64,000 nucleotides of DNA, taken from Mizuhopecten yessoensis (taxonomy: Eukaryota). Below the pieces are notes generated by a model. That model was not told where the DNA came from. It saw only the letters and a list, made by a program, of their open reading frames with translations, and did no database searches. A program made the translations under genes and the position numbers. Positions 50,701 to 63,583 of the stretch are shown one piece after another; within the stretch, counting starts at the first letter, position 1, and each line of letters opens with the position of its first letter. The stretch lies in NCBI RefSeq assembly GCF_002113885.1, contig NW_018408491.1, positions 190,061-254,060 of the forward strand, in the 5' to 3' direction.

Positions 50701-51861
50701 TCTAACTTATAGCTAATAATAGGTATTAAAAAACAACTTCCATTTTGCATTAATAGCCATATGAATGCCAAATGGAATGCAACAAATTTAACACATGCTT
50801 AATGGAATTTGGTTGAATGAAGAAGTTTTTAATATCTTGTTAGCAATAAATTTACTACTGTGGGAATTATGGTTTTTTTTTCTCTCTTTTTAATTTTATA
50901 TTTTTTCTCTGTTTTCTTTTTTTAAGCAGTACTTTATGATGAAATTTTTCTTTTTTTAAAGAGTGAAACATTTGAAGGTTACATATACCAGCCATAAGTA
51001 TTTTGTATAATGGCTTTAGGTTTTTTGTATTATTAGAAAGAAAGCGAATATGTAAATATATTTGAAATACTACCGTATTTTCCCAATCAGAAATATACAG
51101 GTCTCTGAAAACATGGAAGAAAAAAATCATGGAGCTCTGTGCTATTATTATATTGATTTAAATTTACCTCTGGCTAAACTTTTTATTGTCATACCACTAT
51201 TAAAAAGAATGTATTGAAAAAAGTATGCCACACCAGGAATTTAATTCCATGGCCACACCCACCGTGATTGGTGCATAACATAATTCATAAGTACATGTAC
51301 TATGAGATTACAGAATTGACAATGTCTTAACTGCTTGATATACTATTTTAAGGTAACAGATGACCTGCAGACACGAGAAAATCATATTTCAACACATTTT
51401 TGTTACTTTTTGACAGTTGTCTTTTTCGACAATTTACTGTAAAGCAATGAAAAGAATTATGAAACAAAATCTGATTAACACTTGTTGCCTAACAGGGCTG
51501 TTTCGACAGAAGAAACAAGATCTATTCCTGTGAAAAATAGGCTGTTTCACAATTTGAATAAACAGTTTGTTTTGAATATATCCTGAACTATAAGAAACCA
51601 CCATGACGTTTTAAACGTTAATGTAAGGTTCAAATGCATTTTTTAAAAACATTTTAAATAATATGCAACACAGTTCCATTCAAACATTTTCTCTCACAAG
51701 CGCTTCACAAAATCATGGAATAAGTTTGAACAGAACTGTATTTCATACAATCATAAATGTATTTTAAAATCCATTTCAACTCCTTAATGTACTTCACAGA
51801 ATTTAAATTTTATTTTATAAGGTAAATGCTATCAGTATTAAGAGTGATATTTAATACATCA

Positions 51862-51956
51862 TTTGTAAAATACAGTAATTTGTAAAATACAGTACATTGT
51901 AAAATACAGTACATTGTAAAATACAGAATACAGTACATTGTAAAATACAGTACATT
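51862..51956. repeat. 17-bp tandem repeat TGTAAAATACAGTACAT (~5 units)
   Basis: Directly visible. Confidence 0.8.
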
Positions 51957-53296
51957 CAATTGATGAGTTGTATTGATCGTTAGCACTCGATATTTACTGA
52001 ACGATTTGTGTGCAAGTACAGTCAATGGCAATATCCTCTGAAGACATTCATGGTGTTATTCTTAGCTTAAAATCTGTCGATCGTACCACAAAAGAGACAA
52101 TAGAATTTCGTAGAAACGTTGAAAAATATGTAACAAGCATATAAATAATGAACAGGTAAACAAATCAAAATATTTTTTATGTCAAACAGGTCACATTTTT
52201 CTATTCCACCGATCATTTTGAAAAGAATAGTTAGCTTTTTGTGTATTTTAATTTTGTGAACTTTTCTTAAGATACCGATGAAGAAAGATTATGGCTTCAT
52301 ATAAAATCTTCTAATTCACAATTTTGTGAAAGTACCAGATTGTATTATAGCTGTATGCAACAGAACAGGTTCTATTCAAGAAATCCCTCTGTATAGCATA
52401 ATTAATAAGTATAGATCATTATTTAACTGGTGTGAAATGTTTGACGGAACATTTTGTTTTGGCAAGTTTTGAGAAAAATAGAAATTCCAAGACTTGAAAA
52501 TTTATATTGATATCCATGTCAATCATTATCATTATTATACATGAAAAGAACGTATGTTATTTAAAAAATAAATCATATCAAGTTAAAATGAACAATGTGT
52601 GATGCAAGTAGAATTCCATACATCCTTTTGTAACATGCATTTAGATGATACTTGGTATAGAGTGATATTTATGTGGCAGTGTGATTGTTCAATGCAAGAG
52701 ATATAAATCTACCTTAAGCTTGTGAATGCATACAAGATACAAGAAACTTTATTTAACGTCGCATACAGGTAAACAAGGAACATTAGCTCTTGAGAGCTAT
52801 TATTGCGACAAACATATGTAAAAATAACAATAACATATTATATTACAAGTAAAGGGAGATAATCACATATATTAATAAAAAAACACCAGTAATAATCATC
52901 AAAGAAACAGAAAGTATACATATCCCAGGTTTGTAAGTGACTGGGAGTCCCCTACCTACAAAGACCCCCGGGATATATATAAAAAAATAGTGTTAATATA
53001 TGAAAAGCATTAAATGTGATCACAGATAAGTAGTATTCAGAATAGGTAAATAGAAGACATAGTTAATAGTGAATGAATACTTGAATATCACACAAGAATT
53101 ACTAAGGACTTAGGATTAAAACACTATGAAGTGTAATATACATACAATGCTAATGTAGCAAAGAACAAAAATTGACAGAATATGCACTATTATAGTGTGA
53201 ATTTAAAATGATACCGAAATCAATTAACAAAATTTATCAAGTTTTGTAAAATAAAATGCATGGTTACAGTACTGAACTGGGTCGATCGTCGGCAAT

Positions 53297-53465
53297 ATGG
53301 TAGCTCAATTGGTAGAACGTGCGTCTAAAGTTTCAATGGTCCTGGGTTCGAATCGCGTTATGGCTGTGTATTTTGCCACTGTTACAAAATTGGTGCTGTA
53401 AATAGGTTTCAAACCCAGGACTCTCCAAACTTTTCCAGACACTCTACCCATTAAACTACCTGGTC
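53297..53465. mobile_element. Pair of inverted, degenerate tRNA-like (SINE-head) sequences
   Basis: GGTAGCTCAATTGGTAGAAC..CCTGGGTTCGAATC on the plus strand and GGTAGTTTAATGGGTAGAG..CCTGGGTTTGAAAC on the minus strand. No intact acceptor stem. Confidence 0.55.
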
Positions 53466-56400
53466 ACTGAGATTGAGCCAGTCCAGGTCAACAAAACATG
53501 TGACAATTTTAGAGGCAGAAGATGTCAAAGTTCCGATGGATAAACATGCATTGTATATTAGAATATTAGAAAATAAATGTATGTACTTTTTATCATTTTC
53601 AGCAAAAAGAGAGTGCAAAAAAACAAATGTCAATGAAAAGGGTTTCTGTATTTGATATTGTGACAAAAGATATGAAATATTCGTTGTAAAGACGTACATG
53701 TTTTCATACAAACGATAAAGACAATCACTTATACAAAATGTATATATGTATGTGTATGGGAAGGGATATATATATTAATTTTTTGACATGACCAGACGTT
53801 AAGCTACTTAACTTGTAGACATTGCCATTTCATTACATTTACGTATATATTAAGTGCCATTTTTATTTTTGATTGCAATAAATTACAGTGTTATATAACA
53901 ATAAATAGTTCTTTTGAAATAGTTGTGGACAAATCATACTGTTTATTGTTTAAACAACCATACAGTGCCTTAAGACATTCTATAAATTTATTTGAAAGGA
54001 AATTTTCACTTATTCCCCAACAGCTTACAAGGGGGGAAAAACGAAACACTATATTTTTTTATTTTTTTTTTATTTTTTTTTTTCAAATCAAGATAACTTG
54101 CCCGTTCATATTTTGTCTTCAATTTTTTTTTTTTTTTTTAATAATCATACTTTATTTATTACTATACTACTCGTGTTGTCATGTATTGTAAAATTGTTTA
54201 TGTTGGTCCATGTTATATTAATATTCACACCAGTTCAGGAACGAGAGTGAATCCTGAAAGGCAGTACACAAATGGTATTGTATTATATTGATTTCATGCT
54301 TTGTTATCTGTTTGGTATGTGTTTACGTCTCAAATTATAATTATGCTACATTAATATTTTCAGTATGCCAGCCAGTATGTCTTCATTTTTGGGCATCGGT
54401 AAGACTATTTTTGATTATTTTCATGTTTCTTTTTCAATTAAATAAACGTTTTTGAAATACCATATTGTGTTAATGGTAATCACTAATTGATGTTAACGTT
54501 AACAATGATTGCTGATAATGCACCTCATTTGGTTAGGCATCCTTTGGTGTAAAACACACACTGGACATGGAGTTAAAATGTGTGTAAAACGGAATTATAA
54601 ATGTTCACGCAGTTCCTTAAATGCAGTTACTTGAATTTTAGTGGCTAATTCATAATAAGATAGTTATTTGCAAATATATTTTGTTGTATCAAATTGATTG
54701 CAGCCATTGCGTTAGCTGTTCGAAAGTACTGACAGTAAACTGAGATTGATGATGATGATGATAGCCGAAAATCCGTCGTGTGCCGTCTGCCATCCATCGA
54801 CATCTTATAAGGAACTAAAATATATTTGAACTGTAGTTTGGCGGATGGGGATGGTAAGCAAATAAGGATTGATCGACCTTTTTCAATTGAATGAACATTG
54901 AAAAAATGCTGTTCAATCCTTATATTTACATTCTAAATTTTTAGTTATTATCGACCTAAACAAAGATATTCCCTTATAAATTCGACATTGAATTGTCTGT
55001 GTCGTAAGTCCAAACGAGATTCCTTGAACAGCCTAACGTTAACCAAAACATTTGCTTCTACCGTTGTCTTTTGTTAATCGAGGTGGGAGGAGCATCTTCA
55101 AAATGACGCTGATCTAACATATTGCATTCATAGACCCATGAACGCAACTTCTTATGGTTATGCTTATAGAGGAACTTGTAGTGGAAATGTAAATAGACTT
55201 GTGTGAATGGTTAACCTTTACCCGTGTTTTGAAGGACTAAGGGGCCAAATACTTCAATCAACAACTTAAGAAACATACTGCACGAAGTAAAAACATTTAC
55301 TCTTGTTTTGCTGGAATGATAGTCAATTAGCAGTGTTGGAGTAAATGACATTGTGCTACTTTTGAAGTCACATGGGTCAAGTATGCTTTTGAAGAATTCA
55401 AACGCCTTCTTCAATTTTTCAAAAATCTTAGCGTAATGATGCATACTGTAAAGTCGATTTTTTTGCGTATGGAAATGTTCACATTGTGACCTTTTAAAAT
55501 GATTGCGCTATCAATAGTTTTGAATTCTATATATTATATTTATCTACAAAATAATATTTACGTGTGGATATTTGCACGTTAAGTTACTCTACGGAATAAA
55601 TGGCGAAACTTTTCAACTTCAAAGTATCTTTTATAACTTCTCGGAATGCGTTGACTCGACCTCAAGGATACAATGATCAAATGTGTTCGAATCATCAAAT
55701 GAGTTCAAAAGATCCATAAGGGCTGGATAATCTAAATTCAACTGCATGTACTAGCTCGCTGGAATGAGGGCTATCACGTTTGTCTAAACAAATGATCTTG
55801 ACCTACCTACTCGGTCACATTAATCAGAAATGTCAAATATAATATACAATTATATAAAGGCCATATGATTGTTTATAACAAATGAATATCGATAATGAAT
55901 TACTAATTAAACGTGTTATTTTTCACCCTAGTGAAAAAATATCAAATTGATTCTTGTCACTAGTAAAAGTAACGTTTTCTTATATTTTAACCAAAGAAAA
56001 CTAAGAATACGTATTCAAAAAGCTTGAGATATGCGAGTTCGACTTTCTCCTTGATTGCGATTTCTTTAAAATCCAACGTCATAACTGAGTTATATTAATT
56101 AGCGCCCAAAAATGTAACGGCACTTTGACTTTCTAAAGCACTCCCGCGGTTTGTTACAAGGTCCGTTATTTTGACTATTGAAAATGAAATAAACATGATA
56201 TTTAATTGTTCCCGTGGAATATGATTTCTATTTCACTCATGTGACCGAATACATGTTTACTGGGTGTTTTGCTTTGCTGGAAAATAGTTCTGAATTATAA
56301 AATGTTGCTCAATGGGAAACCCTCAATAAATAACATTCTGTCAGATCATCCATGTCTGTTTATACTATACTTCAGTTTGGTAACCATCAGGACCCATTGG

Positions 56401-56855
56401 CCTCTTGTTTATTACCCTAATTTTCCTTTTTCTGCTAGAAAAAAACAACACCAAAAGGTTCATTCATATGCAACGTACAAAAATCGACGAGTGTTTAATT
56501 GCCTTGTGAAAACTTATGTGTAAATTTATAGCAGCAGGTAACCATCTCTGCAATAATGAAATATTGTATACCGGGAACTTTTTGCCGCAGTTTCACTTTC
56601 GCTTTTTTTTTTTGTCTCTGTTATAAGAGCGAATTTATCGTTAATTGCGTACTGTAACATCAGTAAACAATACATCAAAACAGTGATAAAATGTGATGTG
56701 CGAAATTAACAATGGGCAAATGAGGATTTTACCGGCGTTGGGCCAAAGTTTCCGGATTTACAGACATGTACAATGCCTAAACATACATACTTCATCTCCA
56801 ACAGTCATTTCGTTCATATAGTAGGATTATATCCTTTACCGATATTGAATATGGT

Positions 56856-57191
56856 TTACAGTTTGTTCTGCATAGAAAACTTACTTCTAACTCGGTATAC
56901 AATTTGATGTGCTTCCTCCAGCACGGAATCAATATTTGCCCTGACCCTATCTACCCATGTTTTTATTACGGGATTTGATTCATAGAGTTTCTCCTCACAA
57001 CATGTGATAAGCTGCATCAGCTCACAGACACAAAGAAGATCGGCGATGGATATATCGCTCCCACACAAAAACGGCTTATCGTCTTTCAGGAAGTAACTGG
57101 CAAGGTGAGAGACTGTCCCTCGTACCTGGTTCCTTTCATTCTCAACTAAGTGCCATTGTATCGGAGCCTTGTTCATTGTAGGTAATCTTAC
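56856..57191 (-). CDS. GSTT: Glutathione S-transferase theta class, exon 4 (terminal)
   Basis: FLKDDKPFLCGSDISIADLLCVCELMQ...WVDRV..EEAH..V, ending in NKL*. Confidence 0.93.
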   Translation of the reverse strand, partial: VRLPTMNKAPIQWHLVENERNQVRGTVSHLASYFLKDDKPFLCGSDISIADLLCVCELMQLITCCEEKLYESNPVIKTWVDRVRANIDSVLEEAHQIVYRVRSKFSMQNKL

Positions 57192-57704
57192 CTGTAAGAT
57201 ACAGAATAAACAAAGTTGGAATACAACACCTGTAAGTAAGAGATAAATGTACGCCACATAATATATTACTGGTGTATTGTCAGGTGAGGCTAAAACCTGT
57301 GGTTGTACCTTGGTAATTTGGCAATGCCTTAAAAAATTACATTTTATTACACAGCTTTTTTATGCTTTCAGGATTCCTCGATGTACAAATTGTTTTTAAC
57401 TACTGCTGAAACAGATGGTAATTATGTACCACTCTTTAATTACATGAATTTCAAAAACTACAAGAGTACCGGGTATTTTCAAATTAATATTGTATAAAGT
57501 GTGCATTTCATCAAATGTGCAACAAATTAAAAGTGACCACTATGACTAACAAGGATACAGTAAAACGTACAACTGTTTTGATAGATGTTACGCATTGGTA
57601 CCACTGCAAAAAGCTACCTATTTATCACTTCGTACCTAGATACTGTTAAGATGAAGGGAGAAGAGGAAATAACATGCCTATTGAATATATATACCCAAAG
57701 GTTC

Positions 57705-58135
57705 GGTTTGGTTGTATATTGTTTATAACGTCCTATTAACAGCTAAGGTCATTTAAGGACGTGCCTCCATCCATGTGTGTTGTGTAATTGGCGTGCATGT
57801 GTGTATGTGTGCCGGACACGGGGTATGTTAGCGTACTTGCCACCTTGTGATAGAGCGCATCTGATGCCTACTATATAGTGCTATCTCACTGAAATACCAT
57901 GCCGATGGCATCCAACACAGCATTTCGCCCAGTCACATTATACTGACAACGGGTGATTATGCCGAATGTTAAGCAGAGAATAACAACCAACATTTTTAAG
58001 GACTTTGGTATGTAGAAGTAGAGAGAAAGACTGAGATCCCAAGTATTGTAATGGAGGGCATCAGGTTTTGGTCGCTTTAAAACAAATGCCCAATTCTGCC
58101 TGGGTTTCCCACTTTAGTTACCTCTTACAATACCC
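57705..58135 (-). mobile_element. SINE of the 7040 family in GST intron 3 (tRNA head deleted)
   Basis: Colinear with 7040-7510, e.g. ATTTAAGGACGTGCCTCCAT and ATCTCACTGAAATACCATGCCGA. Confidence 0.78.
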
Positions 58136-58294
58136 AAAGGGGTTCGTGAGCTACTTTTTGGTGTGAACTGGAAGTAGCGTACTTTACCAGGGAAGATATT
58201 ATACTAGTATAAACTTTATTCATTTTTATGACAATTAAACAAGAAACTATATATTACTTTTACAAATTATTCTTTTTGGCCCGGAAGTTAGCGC

Positions 58295-58455
58295 GCAGGT
58301 CGTCTTAATGTAGAAGAAAACCGGAGTACCCGCAGAAAACTCAAGTCGTCGGGCAGGCGACCCAATACCTTTTCACGGACGATCAGGAAATCGAACCTCT
58401 CACTACCGTCTTGGTGAAAGGTGAGTCGCTATCCACTACGGCACCCAACCACCCA
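58295..58455 (-). mobile_element. V-domain-like tRNA-SINE fragment
   Basis: GAAAACCGGAGTACCCGCAGAAAAC (reverse complement of a V-domain-like core) and GAAATCGAACC (B box). Confidence 0.6.
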
Positions 58456-59198
58456 GGGAAGAGAATAATTGAGCGTAACGCAACTGATATGAAACGGGTT
58501 AAAATGGCCTCGGTTACAATAAGCATATACATCAGCATGACCTATTACTCCAATTACTTTTATCATTGTGACCTGTTAACGGTTTATTTACATGTCTATA
58601 TATCTTGCTGTCATCTTATCGTCAGTGTACAGTACTAAGCAAATAACTCGTTACAAGTATGTGTTACGTTAGTGTATGTCTGTTTGATAGAAGTGTTCAG
58701 ATCACATGGCCTACCAATGAAAAACATTTTTTTCTAGTGTTATTTATTTAAAAACAATTAGTTCTTGTTTGTTCATAAAAGATTGAAATGTCCATTTCTT
58801 GATAAAACAGCACACACATAGCTAAAATATCTTTATTTTGCGCTTAAACTTTTAAAAGAACATTTCTAATTCGTGTATATTTTTCAAGGCATGTTAATAG
58901 ATGAATTTATTAATATTTCAACGGAAGTATATCTATATATGATTGGTTAAAAATATCCAATGTTGGGCCCTAGGGTCGTTTACCTGAATAAAAAGTTAGT
59001 GTTTGTTCGTGGTAGGGTTTTGAGACAAGGATTCGTAAAACGACCTTAATTAGATGTTCATATGATTCTTCCACCAAAAACCTTTCAGACACCACACTCA
59101 CTTTCATTATCTCATTCATTTGAACTCTTCCAATTAAAATAATTGGAATATATTTTATTATGAAATTTCAGCGATGAATGGGTTAAACAAAAACCTAC

Positions 59199-59352
59199 CA
59201 GTTCCCGGAATAATATAGTACAGTCATATCTGGTGTTCAAATGCTGATAACTCATGTACTCGTCTATTCTGGCCTGAGCCTTGAGGTCAGTCTGCGGGTA
59301 CCAGTGGTCAGGCACGTTGTGTTTCACAGCCAAGTACTTCAAGATGGCCACA
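59199..59352 (-). CDS. GSTT: GST theta, exon 3
   Basis: VAILKYLAVKHNVPDHWYPQTDLKAQARIDEYMSYQHLNTR, with AAG| and |GTAGGT boundaries. Confidence 0.93.
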
Positions 59353-59986
59353 CTTCAATGACAGAGATATCAAATAATTCTGGTGTCAACTCTTAAGTCT
59401 ATTATACAAAAGTCACTTGTTTGTTTCTACAATGTATAAACATATCGTGTACTCACTTAGTGCGAAAAATACTATCATTAATTCAAGAATCTTGGACCGA
59501 CGAAAAACGAAAATGGTTGATGAATTCTACCATCGGGTGAAAATAATGACGAAACAATATTACGTGATATATTAGTCCAAAACAAGCTGCTTCTGTAGTC
59601 GCAAAGGATGCATTGGAAATATTTTGCGTTGTAGTTATACCTTTACACACCGAATCTGAGCAAAATCTAAAAACAAAAATAGAGGGACCGTTTGCATCAC
59701 CTTGGTGTACACCCATAAATGTGTCAAATAATAACATGTATTGATCAGCCGGCTTTGTTTGATAACTTTAGTTGATCAAGAAGAAGAATTTGATTAGAAG
59801 AACTGCAACAAAATCAATAAATCACGAACTTTGTTTTCGGGTCTTAATAATGCATCATGTATAATCGTGATCAACTACAGTGTAGCTTAAATTAAGTATC
59901 CACCACTGTTAAATACGTTTTGTTGTAGGGAGTTATCATTTTAATTACTAAAATGAATTTGGTTTATTAACTAAATGAATTCGTAC

Positions 59987-60074
59987 CTCTCTGTGAGAAT
60001 AAACCCGTCATCGTCTATAACAGGTACAACACACCATGGATTGATCTTCTTGAACCAGTCCGTGTAGTGTTCGT
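59987..60074 (-). CDS. GSTT: GST theta, exon 2 (88 bp, not in the ORF track)
   Basis: EHYTDWFKKINPWCVVPVIDDDGFILTES contains the cis-Pro VP and ES motifs. Boundaries TTACAG| and |GTACGA. Confidence 0.93.
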
Positions 60075-61656
60075 CTGTAATATTAGATACACATGTGAGG
60101 ATGTGATATTTATTGGATTTAACCTACATTTACATGGCGGATGTCGTCGTTGAAGAAGGAAACGCTTACCCTTCCTCAATGCCTGGTCGTATCCGTCTTG
60201 TTTTCGTTAAAGGGTCTCCTACTTGTGAATATTTTTTTTGTTCACATTTGGCATTATTTTTCATCGATTTTGCGTTTGACCTATGGTTCTGTTGACACTT
60301 GTGGCGTTTTGTATGTAATATTGTCAGCGAGACGAAATTTGTTGAAAGGGAAGAATAATTATCCAAATCCAAATCCAAACAGTGGATCTTCTTAATGTAA
60401 GTAATTTAGTAATCTTAGTAATTTGCTTAAGATAAATGGTATGGTGATTACTATAAGTGAAAATAAAACAAACAAAAAACAAAACTCGTTTGCCGTTTGT
60501 TGTTAAATAACAAAACGTTTAATTTGAAGCTTATTGATATAGTAAATAAACGATAAAATACTTTTTTTGTCAAATGTCGCTATTTAAAATGTGTAAAATA
60601 GTGAGTTATTTTATTGGTGTTATTTTTTCCCCAATTAATACCACCAGTGAAATTAAACAACCTGTTATAGTTGTCAGGTACATGTGAGTAGTTAACCGAC
60701 CTACTGTGAATCTGAAAACTATTTCGTCGTTAGTTCACTTATCTATGAAATGTTGTCATTTGTGACGCTGATAGAAAGTTTACGACCGGAAAACTAACCA
60801 CAACGTTTTTTTCCCTTAAAAAATGACATATACATTGTAAATGATGATTAGCAGGGAATTATTTTAAAATCGGTAGGTAAAATACGTTTTTCATCAATGT
60901 ATTGACTTTTGACTTAAGTCACAGCGTAGATACATGTAATTTTATGAAATGGACTTGTGTTCATCCACACAATTAAATCACGTGGCCACATCATAACAAA
61001 ATCAGGATGAACGGCGTGCTCATGTTATCATGTACAGTATAAAGATCGAGTGTTAGCTTATATGACCAAAAATAGATAATTTCTATAACATTTGGTTATA
61101 TATATATCAAGTGGTATAACACTATGTGAACTTATCTAAACATACATTGATCATTTCTATAACATTTGCTTTCATATACAAATGTATTTGTGTTTTGTGT
61201 GTGTAATATTGTCAGAAAAACGAAATTACCTGTCGTTAATCTAACAATACTTTAAACCACTAAGGTCAGAGATATTAGTGTAATTTAGTGTATAACTTAC
61301 TTGAAACGTACTTGACCTAACGCCTCCAAGATGAAAAATTACATGTTTCCCAATTCAACTCATAGAAAAACATCAGTTGACCATAATTACATCACCAATA
61401 TATTTATTTGGTAACATCAGTGATTTTATGCATTCACAGGAGAAAAATAAAATATAAAATTGTCTCGGCTTATATTAAGCTTACAAAGCATTATAAACAA
61501 ATTAGTGTATGCGGTTCAAAAGATAGAACTCAAATTTGCTAGAGTTATATATTCAATACGTAATTAAGGGGAGGTAACTGTATATACGAAAAGCAAGCGT
61601 GCAGTGGGACAGAGGTCCTTGATGAGAAACAAATGAATGATCTATCGATTCCTCAC

Positions 61657-61768
61657 CATTCCTTAATGCAACAGGTTTGGCTGTAAACGAAATGTTGTTG
61701 ATCTGCAGAAAAATGTAGACAGCGCGTGACGGCTGGGACATCAAATCGTAGTAGAGGGTTAACGCCAT
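61657..61768 (-). CDS. GSTT: GST theta, exon 1 (112 bp, total protein 229 aa)
   Basis: MALTLYYDLMSQPSRAVYIF contains the catalytic Ser (SQPS). Donor G|GTGAGG. Confidence 0.95.
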
Positions 61769-63583
61769 GTTATCACTAGGCTAAACGAGGCTTGATAGGA
61801 CAATGTTTACTATGTGTTTCTGACCTTATTTTTTATTAGTGGTTTCACGTATTGTTAGCTTAATGATAGGTAACTAAGATAAAACAGGAAGAAGTGTTTA
61901 ATTCCTTTTCAGTTACTCGTTAAGGATATTATAGTAAATATAATATTCTGTCAGAAAAGGAGCTTTCATTTTTCATCTTGAATATGTTAGATCAAGTGTA
62001 TAATTCACCTGACCTCACGTCTTCAAGATGCATGTTTTACGATAATTAGCCTTCGGCTACAATCTAACCGAGGAGATATGCGATAACATCAGCATAAGTT
62101 ATAACTGGTTTTCTGTAATGGGCTATACTTTATGTTGTAGTATTGTACAACTGTATCATAGTGACTGTTTATCTTTGTTATCTGTTATGATATTTGATTG
62201 CTGATGTTTCAGTCTTAATAAAAGGGTCGGATTGTCATAAAAAAAATTACAAATTAATTTATCTGCACTGACGTTTATACTTCTTTGCTTATATATATAT
62301 TAAATATGTCCAACGAACATTTCTTTGATCGGATCTAGTTACCATATACTGGATCGAAGTGTCGTTAATACTTATTTATGTTAATACAATACAGCGGAAG
62401 GATTAAAAAAACCTTATATAAATCACAAGAAAAACCCTATCATTGAGGTTTCATATTTTATTTAAAATTATTTACTGATCAGTTGTAACATATTTTTTTT
62501 TATTAAACAAGCAGGGTATTTGTTCAGTTCACTCCTTGCAGTAGTGGAAAAGTATATATAAAAATAGGGGGAATGAAAATGTAGTTATTTATATGCGCAT
62601 TATTATTTACAAATAAGCGATATACAGGAAGCAATTCAAGAATTTTGAATACAAAATATATGTTCATTCACCCATAGGGAACTAGATTCCGGATTGTACT
62701 AGGATTTCTAAAGCGTGAATAAAATAGCACAAAAACATATGCTAATATCAAGAACCTGTTATCAACTTCTTGATTTGCAATATATATCAAGTATCAAATC
62801 TCTGTATATAGCGCAGCATAAAATCCGATTTTCTAAGAAAATTACACTCTACTTATCAAAGAAAAACGTAAAATTTGGGCAATGGTAGGTGACAGGAAAC
62901 ACGAGGCATGTCACAAAGTGGGTGTGTCAAGGTAAAATAAGATCCTTGAATCTGTATGAAGGAGAGATGAGGCCCAATTTTATTTCGCGGCACTGAACAT
63001 TCCGTATAGTTTTTCTTATACAAAATTGGGCAAACATTGCTGACATGGTGTATGATAATTGCCCCCAGAAAAGTGATGCGGAGACATCCAACATCCGACA
63101 TCCACTTCGGATAGTCAATGTCAACTCTTTTGAACCCTATAGCATATTGAATGTTGGTCAAGGTAGTTTATTTAAAAAAACATTGAAAGCCCTTTAACCC
63201 CTAATGATATACGGGAAATGACGTTTTTATCCTAGGCGGCCTGATTCAACATATATGGAAAAAACTAGTATGAAGAATAGAACAAATATTAACATATGTT
63301 ATTCAAGATCACTTTCTAATCAAATTCCATATCTTCCAGGATGCAGTTTAAATGTCTAATATCATAACATTGAACCTCATGCTTCATAAAAAGAAGATAT
63401 GTAACATCGGAAGACTCGTCACGGCTTACGTTTACAGACACCTCATGGAATGAGCGTTTCTAAAATGTTTGAACGTGAATACTCCCTACTTTTGTCGCCA
63501 GTTTATATCTGAATAAATGTAATTGTTGAAAATATAATCCATATCCAACCATTTTTTTTTTTTTTTTGCATTTGAATAATTAG

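Noticed and set aside
53297-53370. Functional tRNA gene (also 1000-1071 and 46545-46605)
   Set aside because: A and B boxes are present, but the acceptor and anticodon stems do not pair, so these are SINE-derived.
54861-54928. Imperfect hairpins (also 24436-24582) as ncRNA genes
   Set aside because: They are AT-rich and imperfect, most simply old MITE remnants, with no further support.
62856-63161. ORFs between the GST start and the otopetrin E stop
   Set aside because: No recognisable motifs or coherent splice structure.
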